Assembly (NCBI GenBank): GCA_965223415.1
Contig: OZ245002.1
Location: 992,001 to 1,056,000 of the forward strand
Length of the DNA stretch: 64,000 nucleotides
Direction: 5' to 3'
Source of the DNA: Myxococcota bacterium
Lineage (GTDB): Bacteria; Myxococcota_A; UBA9160; UBA6930
Positions 56,906 through 64,000 of the stretch are shown in pieces; positions within the stretch are counted from its first letter, which is position 1; each line of letters starts with the position of its first letter. A program made the position numbers and the translations under genes. The notes under the pieces were generated by a model. It was not told where the DNA came from. It saw only the letters and a program-made list of their open reading frames with translations, and did not search any database.

Positions 56906-58114
56906 ATGACCGACCTCGAGGCCTTCCGGGCCGAAGTCCGCACCTGGCTCGACGAGAGCTTCCCCAAGTCCCTCGCCGGGCGTGCCGCGGAGATCCTGGG
57001 AGGCGAGACGATCGCCGCATCCGAGGACGATGCCCACACCTGGGCGAAGCGCCTCGGCGAGAAGGGATGGGGCACGCCGACCTGGCCCGCCGAGTACGGA
57101 GGCGGCGGCCTGAGCCAGCTCGAGGCCCAGGTGCTGGGCCAGGAGCTCGACCGGATCGGCGCCTTCAACCCGCTCGCGCGGACGACCGGCATGGGCATCA
57201 CGATGGTCGGCCCGACGATCCTCGAGTACGGCACCGAGGACCAGAAGCAGCGGCACATCCCGAAGATTTGCCGCGGCGAGGTGTTCTGGTCCCTGGGCTA
57301 CTCGGAGCCGAACGCGGGCTCGGACCTGGCCTCCCTCCAGACCCGCGCCAAGGACAAGGGCGACCACTGGCTCGTCAACGGTCAGAAGACCTGGACCTCC
57401 GGCGCCGACGTCTCGGACTGGTGCGGCGTGCTGGTGCGGACCGATCCCGGCGCCCCGAAGCGCGACGGCATCAGCTTCCTGATGATCGACATGCACCAGC
57501 CCGGCATCGAGACGCGGCCCATCCGGCTGATCGCCGGTGCGTCCCCGTTCTGCGAGACCTTCTTCAACGACGCACGGGCCGAGAAGAACGAGATGCTGGG
57601 CGATCTCAACGCCGGCTGGACCGTCGGCAAGCGCCTCCTCCAGCACGAGCGCCAGAGCCAGACCGGGGCGTCCTCGGGCCTCGGCGGCGGCCAGCGCCGA
57701 TCGCTTCGCGAGATCGTCAAGGAGTACGTGGGCGTCGACGAGGCGGGCCGCCTGGCCGACGCCGACCTGCGCGGACGCCTCGCCGACCACATGATGAACG
57801 CCCGCGCCCACGCCCTCACGATCGCGCGGGTGACGGCCGAGGCCCGCGGCAACGCCCAGGTGAGCGCGGCGGCGTCGATCCTGAAGAACGCCGCATCCCT
57901 CGTCGCCCAGAAGCGCGCCGAGCTGCTGGTCGAGGTGATGGGCCACCAAGGCCTCGGCTGGGAGGGCGACGGCTACTCCGCCTACGAGCTCGAAACGGTG
58001 CGCGGCTGGCTCAGCGGCAAGGCCATGTCGATCTACGGCGGCTCCTTCGAGATCCAGAACAACATCATCGCGAAGAACATCCTCGGCCTGCCCGAGAACA
58101 CCCAGCGGGGCTGA
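56906..58114 (+). CDS. Acyl-CoA dehydrogenase (catalytic-type subunit of a tandem pair)
   Basis: GYSEPNAGSDLASL, NGQKTWTS, LQHER, SIYGGSFEIQ. Confidence 0.92.
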   Translation: MTDLEAFRAEVRTWLDESFPKSLAGRAAEILGGETIAASEDDAHTWAKRLGEKGWGTPTWPAEYGGGGLSQLEAQVLGQELDRIGAFNPLARTTGMGITMVGPTILEYGTEDQKQRHIPKICRGEVFWSLGYSEPNAGSDLASLQTRAKDKGDHWLVNGQKTWTSGADVSDWCGVLVRTDPGAPKRDGISFLMIDMHQPGIETRPIRLIAGASPFCETFFNDARAEKNEMLGDLNAGWTVGKRLLQHERQSQTGASSGLGGGQRRSLREIVKEYVGVDEAGRLADADLRGRLADHMMNARAHALTIARVTAEARGNAQVSAAASILKNAASLVAQKRAELLVEVMGHQGLGWEGDGYSAYELETVRGWLSGKAMSIYGGSFEIQNNIIAKNILGLPENTQRG

Positions 58115-58120
58115 AGCGAC

Positions 58121-59257
58121 ATGGCTGCACTGACCGAAGAGCAGGAGCTCCTGAAGGAGCAGGCGAAGTCCTGGGCCCGCGACGAAGCGCCGGTGGCCAA
58201 GTTCCGCGAGATGCGCGACGGCGGGAACGAACACAGCTTCGACAAGGCCACCTGGGAGAGCATCCGCGAGATGGGCTGGGCCGGGATCGTCGTCCCCGAG
58301 GCCTACGGCGGCGTCGACATGGGCTACCTGACCTTCGGCGTGGTGCTGGAGGAGCTCGGGCGCCAGCTGACCGCGTCCCCGCTCCTGGCCTCGGGCCTGA
58401 TCGGTGCGACGGCCCTCGCTCTCGGCGGCAGCGAGGAGCAGAAGCAGGCCTGGCTCCCGCGCATCGCGGAAGGGAGCGTCGTCGTCACCCTGGCCGTCGA
58501 AGAGGGGGCGCGCCACGCCCCGGACCGGACCGCGCTCCGCGCCGAGAAGAGCGACGGCGGCTTCCGACTGAGCGGCCGGAAGGTCCACGTCCTCGAAGGC
58601 ACCGCCGCCGACGCCTTCGTCGTGACGGCCCGCACGGGCGGGGCGCCGGGCGACGAGAACGGCCTCAGCCTCTTCCTGGTCGAGGGCGACGCGCAGGGGT
58701 TGACTCGCCAACGCCTCGCCACGGCCGACAGCCGGGGCTACGCGAACCTGGGCTTCGACGCCACGCCGGTCCCGGTCGACGGGCTGATCGGCACCCTGGA
58801 TGGGGGCGCCCCGCTGCTCCACGCCATCCTGGATCGCGGGCGAGCCGGCCTCGCGGCCGAGATGCTGGGCGTGGCCGGCCAGGCCTTCGACATGACCCTC
58901 GACTACCTGAAGAACCGCATCCAGTTCGGCCAGGTGATCGGCTCCTTTCAGGCGCTCGGCCACCGCGCGGCCGGCCTCTTCACCGAGATGGAGATGGCGC
59001 GCTCCTGCGCCGAGGCGGCCCTCCAGGCCCTCGACGCGGGCGACGACGACGCAGCAACGCTCTGCTCCCTCTCGAAGGCCAAGGTGGGCGACTTCCTCCA
59101 CCACATGTCGAACGAGCTGATCCAGATCCACGGCGGCATCGGCATGACGGACGAGTTCGACGCGGGCCTGTACCTGAAGCGCGCCCGGGCGCTGGAGGCC
59201 ACCTTCGGCAACCAGGCCTTCCACCGGGATCGCTATGCGACGCTGATGGGCTTCTGA
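58121..59257 (+). CDS. Acyl-CoA dehydrogenase (partner subunit)
   Basis: RIQFGQVIGSFQALGH, QIHGGIGMTDE. Confidence 0.92.
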   Translation: MAALTEEQELLKEQAKSWARDEAPVAKFREMRDGGNEHSFDKATWESIREMGWAGIVVPEAYGGVDMGYLTFGVVLEELGRQLTASPLLASGLIGATALALGGSEEQKQAWLPRIAEGSVVVTLAVEEGARHAPDRTALRAEKSDGGFRLSGRKVHVLEGTAADAFVVTARTGGAPGDENGLSLFLVEGDAQGLTRQRLATADSRGYANLGFDATPVPVDGLIGTLDGGAPLLHAILDRGRAGLAAEMLGVAGQAFDMTLDYLKNRIQFGQVIGSFQALGHRAAGLFTEMEMARSCAEAALQALDAGDDDAATLCSLSKAKVGDFLHHMSNELIQIHGGIGMTDEFDAGLYLKRARALEATFGNQAFHRDRYATLMGF

Positions 59258-59996
59258 TGCTCGTCACGCGGCAGGACGGCGGCGGTGTCACGACCCTGAC
59301 CCTGAACCGTCCCGAGAAGCTCAACGCGATCACGATCCCGTTGATGATCGAGCTTCGAGAACACCTGGACGCCATCGCCGGCGACGAAGGCATCGGCTGT
59401 GTCGTGCTCACCGGGGCGGGACGCTCCTTCTGCGCGGGCCACGACCTCGAGTCCATCGCCAGCGGCGAGCGGCCGCCCACCCGTCACTTCGAATCGGAGA
59501 CCGTGGACGCCCTGGAGCAGCTCCCGCAGCCGACGATCGCGAAGATCCGCGGGCACTGCCTGACCGGCGGCCTCGAGCTGGCGCTCGGCTGCGACCTGCT
59601 GGTCGCCGCCGATTCGGCCACTCTCGGCGACACCCACGGCCAGTGGGGCCTCGTGCCGGTCTGGGGCATGTCGGTCCGGCTGCCCGAGCGCATCGGCCTC
59701 TCGCGCGCCAAGGAGCTCTGCTTCACGAGTCGGCGGATCCCGGGGGAGCAGGCCGCTGCGATCGGTCTCGTGGATCGGGTCTGCCCCGAGTCCGAGCTCG
59801 ACGCCACGGTCCTGGAGCTTGCCCGCGAGATCGCCGCGAACTCCCGGGGCACGAACCGCATCGTCAAGCGCCTCATGCGAACCCACGCCGACGGCCCGCG
59901 GACCCTCGCCCTGGCCTACGAGCGCCAGACCCCCTTCGGGATCCGGAGGACCGCAAGGAACGGATGAGCCGCCGGCCGAGTCGGAAGAAGGCATGA
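59257..59996 (+). CDS. Enoyl-CoA hydratase, probable 1-nt frameshift near 59943 (uncorrected stop at 59967)
   Basis: LNRPEKLNA, FCAGHDL, GGLELALGCD; the alternative frame supplies a typical PEDRKERM ending. Confidence 0.8.
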
Positions 59997-60061
59997 CCGG
60001 CACCGGGACCTTGCCGGCCGGAACGGCGCCGCTCGGATAGGATTGCCCCGGGAGATCCGCC

Positions 60062-61213
60062 ATGAACCCCGATCCCGTCGCCGCGGCCCGCGCCCTCCAA
60101 CCCCTGGTCCGGGAGGCGGCGGACGAAGCCGAGCGGGAGCGACGGCTCCCGGCCCGGGTCGCCGAGGCCATGGCCAAGGCCGGGCTCTATCGGGTCGGCG
60201 CGCCGCGCGCCTTCGGGGGCGGCGCGCAGGACCCGGCGACACAGATCCGGGTGATCGAGGCCATCTCCGAGGCCGACGGCTCCGCCGGCTGGAACCTGAT
60301 GATCGGCATCGAGAGCTTCGGGCTCACGTCGATCGGCTTCCCGCGCGGCGCCACGCTCTTCGCCGACCCGGAGACGATCCTCGCCGGGTCCACCGCCGCG
60401 GTCGGCCGCGCCGAGGCGACCGCGGGTGGCTATCGCGTCAGCGGCCGCTGGCAGTTCGCGAGCGGCGTGCACAACTGCCACTTCTTTTCCGCCCTGGCGG
60501 CGATCCATGACGAGGGCAAGCCGAGAGAGGGCACCCTGCCCGGCTTCATGATCATGGCCCGCTCCGACATCGAGATCGTCGACAACTGGAACGTCAGCGG
60601 GATGCGCGGATCCGGCTCCCATGACGTGATCATCGACGACGCCTTCGTCCCGGAGGAGAACGCGGTAGCCTTCCTGGGCGTCACCGCCGCTCCGTCCGAC
60701 GCCCCCATCACTCGTTTCCCGCGCGGCTCCCGCCTCTCCTACAACAAGGTCGGCGTCGCCCTCGGGGTCGCCAGGGCCGCCATCGACGATTTCGTCGCCA
60801 TCGCGAAGGGCAAGGTGCCGCGCTTCTCGAGCGCGACCCTGCGCGAGCGACCCCTGGCCCAGGAGGCGGTGGCGGCGGCCGAAGCCCGGCTGCGCGGCGC
60901 ACGTGCCTTCGTGATGGAGGCGGTGACCGAGGTCTGGGACGCCGTCGTGGACGGCGATCGGCCCAGCGACGAGCAGCGCGCCCTGCTCCAGATCGCCTGC
61001 TCCGACGCCGTTCGCGCCAGCGCCGAGGCCGTCGATCGGGTGGCAGAGGCCGCCGGCACGACGGCGAACTTCCTCGACTCGCCCCTCGAGCGCCGCGCCC
61101 GCGACGTACGGGTGGTGCGCCAGCACATGACCGTGGCGCCCCACCACCTGGGCGACGCGGGGCGCGTTCTGCTGGGCCTGCCGCCCCAGGGCGTCATGCT
61201 GAACATGGTCTAG
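60062..61213 (+). CDS. Acyl-CoA dehydrogenase-fold flavin-dependent hydroxylase (HsaA/C2-HpaH-like)
   Basis: EAERERRLP, DGSAGWNL, SGRWQFASG, WNVSGMRGSGSHD, LERRARDV. Confidence 0.85.
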   Translation: MNPDPVAAARALQPLVREAADEAERERRLPARVAEAMAKAGLYRVGAPRAFGGGAQDPATQIRVIEAISEADGSAGWNLMIGIESFGLTSIGFPRGATLFADPETILAGSTAAVGRAEATAGGYRVSGRWQFASGVHNCHFFSALAAIHDEGKPREGTLPGFMIMARSDIEIVDNWNVSGMRGSGSHDVIIDDAFVPEENAVAFLGVTAAPSDAPITRFPRGSRLSYNKVGVALGVARAAIDDFVAIAKGKVPRFSSATLRERPLAQEAVAAAEARLRGARAFVMEAVTEVWDAVVDGDRPSDEQRALLQIACSDAVRASAEAVDRVAEAAGTTANFLDSPLERRARDVRVVRQHMTVAPHHLGDAGRVLLGLPPQGVMLNMV

Positions 61214-61233
61214 GCAGGAAGGGCCGGGCTTCG

Positions 61234-62391
61234 CTAGGTCGAAGCCGCTTCCGCGTCCTGGAACTCCCGACCCAGCCAGCGCACCTTGGGCGTGATGTAG
61301 GCCACCCAGCCGGCCAGGGCGGCGGCGACCGGAAGCGTCGGAAGCCAGGCGAAGGCGGCGATCCAGGCGCCCAGGAAGGCGACGAGCCGGACACCGGCCA
61401 GGGCGACGTGGGCGGTGGACTGGAACCCGCGACCGCTGAGGAACCACCCGTTCGCGACGAGGAGCGATGCGAAGAGGGGCCAGGGGATCCCGGTGGAATC
61501 GAGCGGCGGGTCCGTATCGAGCGGCGCATCCCCTGCGTCCGATGCGCTCCCGAGCGCGCTCTCGACCCGCGACCAGACGTGGGCCGCGGTCGGGCGCTCG
61601 GTCGCGCCACCCATGTTGTCGTGGGTGGGGACGCCCCTCCAGCGGTAGAGCACGCGACCGTCGCCGGCGAGCGCGAGCACGCCGGGCTGGAAGTAGCCCT
61701 TGGGATGTGTCGGCGTGAAGCCGCGACCTTCGCCGACACTCGCCTTCAGGAAGCCGAGGCGGGGGTTGGTGAAGAGGTCGATCCATCCGCGCTCGCGACA
61801 CGCGCCGACGATCTCGTGGTGGGGATCGCCGACGGCCTCGAAGTCCAACCTCCAATCGGTCGCCGCCCGCCCGGCCAGGGCCTGGGGCTCGCTCGAGATC
61901 GCGAAGATCTCGCCCCCTGCCGCGCGCACCGCGTCCGCGACGCCTTCGTCCACATAGCCCCGCAACTCGGAGCGACAGGGCGGTCACCAGTAGCCGCGGT
62001 AGAACACCAGGACGACGAAGGCGTGGCGGGCGAGGACCCCGTCCAACCATCCGCGCCGGGCACCGGGAGGCGGATCGAGCTCGGCGGGCGGCGCCCCCTC
62101 GTCGGCTCGGGGCGGATCCGCCTCGGCCGGGGTGACGTCGAAGCCGTCGCCGGCCCGGGCCACACGGAACGAGCGCTGCTCGCAGCGATCGCCGCCGCAC
62201 AGGATCAAGCGCAGCTCGCGCGGGCCCGCGGCGGCGAGCGCCACCTCCGGGTCCAGGATGCCCGTCACCTCGAAGGCGACGTCTTCCTGGCGGTTGAACC
62301 AGGCGAGCGCGGCCTCGACCTCGCCTCGCAGGGCCTCGGGGATGGTCTCCTGGACGGTGGTGATGGCGGGCTCCCTTCGACCGGCGAGCAT
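61234..62391 (-). CDS. Selenoprotein: unknown N-terminal domain + UxxC peroxiredoxin-like (AhpC/TSA) domain + C-terminal TM helices
   Basis: VVLVFYRGYW-TGA-PPCRSELRGY; TGA at 61984-61986 joins two in-frame ORFs; later AISSE, VGDP, QPGVLAL. Confidence 0.85.
61957..61973 (-). promoter_or_regulatory. Candidate SECIS hairpin
   Basis: GCUCCG-AGUUG-CGGGGC; the loop starts 16 nt after the UGA and contains GU. Confidence 0.55.
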
Positions 62392-62452
62392 AGGCCAGCT
62401 CGCCCGGGCCGCTCCCGCCCCGTGGTAGCATGGCGGGATCCGAGGTGAGCCC

Positions 62453-63010
62453 ATGGCAGACCTCAAGATGCGCCCGCGCTTCTCGGTTCCGGTCCACTGC
62501 GACGCGGAGATGGTGGTCGCAGCCCTTCGAGAGCACATCACGGACCCGGAGCCCGGGCTCGAGGGCTCCTTCGGCCCCACCCACTGCGTCCTGCGCATCC
62601 CGGAGGCACGGCGCGCGTTCTGGTCTCCCGAGCTCGACCTCACTTTCGAGCCGCTCGAGAACGAGCGTGGCGATCCCTCGCCGGGCGTTCGTGTGCGCTG
62701 CCTCTTCGCGCCGCGCCCGGCGGTGTGGACGGGCTTCGCCTTCGTCTACTCGGCGCTCGCCGCGATGGGCCTGGCGAGCGGACTGCTGGGCCTGACGCAG
62801 ATGACGCTCGCCCAGCCGCCGTGGGCGCTCGCGATCTCGCTCGCCGTCGCCGTGCTCATCGCGTGCATCTACGGCGCCAGCTTCCTGGGGCAGAGCCTCG
62901 CCGCGCCCCAGATGTACGAGCTGCGCCGCTACCTCGATGGCTGTCTGGCGAGGGCGGAGAAGCGCGCCCAGCTCGTCCCGAAGACGTCCCTGGACAGCGC
63001 CCGGCTCTGA
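62453..63010 (+). CDS. Hypothetical 2-TM membrane protein
   Basis: MRPRF...FWSPEL...FAPRPAVWT followed by two hydrophobic helices. Confidence 0.75.
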   Translation: MADLKMRPRFSVPVHCDAEMVVAALREHITDPEPGLEGSFGPTHCVLRIPEARRAFWSPELDLTFEPLENERGDPSPGVRVRCLFAPRPAVWTGFAFVYSALAAMGLASGLLGLTQMTLAQPPWALAISLAVAVLIACIYGASFLGQSLAAPQMYELRRYLDGCLARAEKRAQLVPKTSLDSARL

Positions 63011-63053
63011 AGGGCCGTGGCCGTACCGCCACCTGCTGGGAGGAGCAATCGAC

Positions 63054-63818
63054 ATGAAGCCCGTCTGCATGGTCCTCGGGGCCGGCGCCGGAATCGGCGG
63101 CACCGTGGGTGCCCGTTTCGCCCGCGAGGGCTACCACGCCGTCCTGTGTCGGCGCAGCGACGAGGAGGGTCTCCGCAAGCTGGTCGAGGGCATCGAGGGT
63201 GAGGGCGGCTCCGCCTCCGGCTACCTGCTGAACGCCGCCCTGCCCGAGACCATCGAGGAACGGGTGGCCGCGGTGGAGACGGAGATCGGTCCGATCGAGG
63301 TGCTGCTGTTCAACCTCGGCGCCCAGATCGGCGACCGCACACTCGCCGACACCTCCTACAAGGCATTCGAGATGGGCTGGCGGCTCGCCACCTTCGGGCT
63401 CTTCCGCGCCGCCTCGGCGGTCTGCCCGCGCATGGCCGAGCGGGGCCGGGGGACGATCCTGGTGACGTCCGCGACCGCCGCGGTCCGCGGCAACGCCGGC
63501 CAGCACTCCCACGCGGCCGCCATGGGCGGTCGACGCATGCTCTGCCAGACCCTGAACGCGGAGTTCGCGCCCAAGGGCATCCACGTCGCCCACATCCTGA
63601 TCGACGGCGCGGTCGACGCCCCGGACACGCTGGGCAAGATGCTGGGTCCCGAGCGTTTCCAGGAGCTCCGGGAAGCGCGCGGCCTGGAGCAGGATGGGCT
63701 GCTGCTCCCCGGCAAGATCGCCGAGACCTACCTCCACCTGGCGCAGCAGCATCGATCCGCCTGGACCCACGAGATCGACCTGCGGGCGTTCTCGGACCGG
63801 CCCTGGTGGAACCACTGA
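63054..63818 (+). CDS. Short-chain dehydrogenase/reductase
   Basis: VLGAGAGIGG, TSATAAVRG, HVAHILIDG; GGAGGAG RBS. Confidence 0.9.
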   Translation: MKPVCMVLGAGAGIGGTVGARFAREGYHAVLCRRSDEEGLRKLVEGIEGEGGSASGYLLNAALPETIEERVAAVETEIGPIEVLLFNLGAQIGDRTLADTSYKAFEMGWRLATFGLFRAASAVCPRMAERGRGTILVTSATAAVRGNAGQHSHAAAMGGRRMLCQTLNAEFAPKGIHVAHILIDGAVDAPDTLGKMLGPERFQELREARGLEQDGLLLPGKIAETYLHLAQQHRSAWTHEIDLRAFSDRPWWNH

Positions 63819-63843
63819 GAGGACGGCCCCTGGGAGCTCGGCC

Positions 63844-64000
63844 CTAGTCGTCCATGGTCAGGACGACGGCTCCCTTGCGGCGCCCGCTGTCCACGTAGGC
63901 GTGGGCTTCGGCGGCCTTCTCCAGCGGGAACTGTCGATCGATGGCGGCGCGGATCTCGCCCGCTTCGGCGAGCTCCTTGAGGATGGCCAGGTCCTGCGGC
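63844..64000 (-). CDS. MDR-family NAD(P)-dependent oxidoreductase, C-terminal end (partial)
   Basis: Manual translation: DLAILKELAEAGEIRAAIDRQFPLEKAAEAHAYVDSGRRKGAVVLTMDD*. Confidence 0.8.
   Translation of the reverse strand, partial: PQDLAILKELAEAGEIRAAIDRQFPLEKAAEAHAYVDSGRRKGAVVLTMDD

Noticed and set aside
1..64000. tRNA (including selC), rRNA, prophage or defence systems
   Set aside because: No recognisable signatures by eye; a covariance-model scan would be needed to exclude small RNAs fully

Overview
Very GC-rich, gene-dense bacterial DNA. The gene content (PEP-CTERM protein, multiheme/TPR lipoprotein, many acyl-CoA enzymes, sigma-54 promoter) suggests Myxococcota or a related deltaproteobacterial lineage; this is inference only. 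About 60 CDS, dominated by lipid, terpenoid and aromatic catabolism: an Atu-like carboxylase cluster, two tandem acyl-CoA dehydrogenase pairs, three enoyl-CoA hydratases, three nitronate-monooxygenase-family flavoproteins, a Baeyer-Villiger monooxygenase with an esterase, and two WS/DGATs. One complete IS1380-family element has 16-bp IRs and a CTAG duplication. Features the ORF track misses: (1) a putative sigma-54-driven operon encoding an SCP2-like protein plus two paralogous ferritin-like proteins, one with all diiron ligands and one with none; (2) directly downstream, a ~260-nt highly structured intergenic element with a possible pseudoknot; (3) two selenoprotein genes split at in-frame UGA codons with SECIS-like hairpins, a Sec glutathione peroxidase and a three-part UxxC peroxiredoxin-like membrane protein; (4) two copies of an AT-rich long palindromic repeat; (5) several frameshifts and gene fragments. 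No rRNA, tRNA or CRISPR array was seen.
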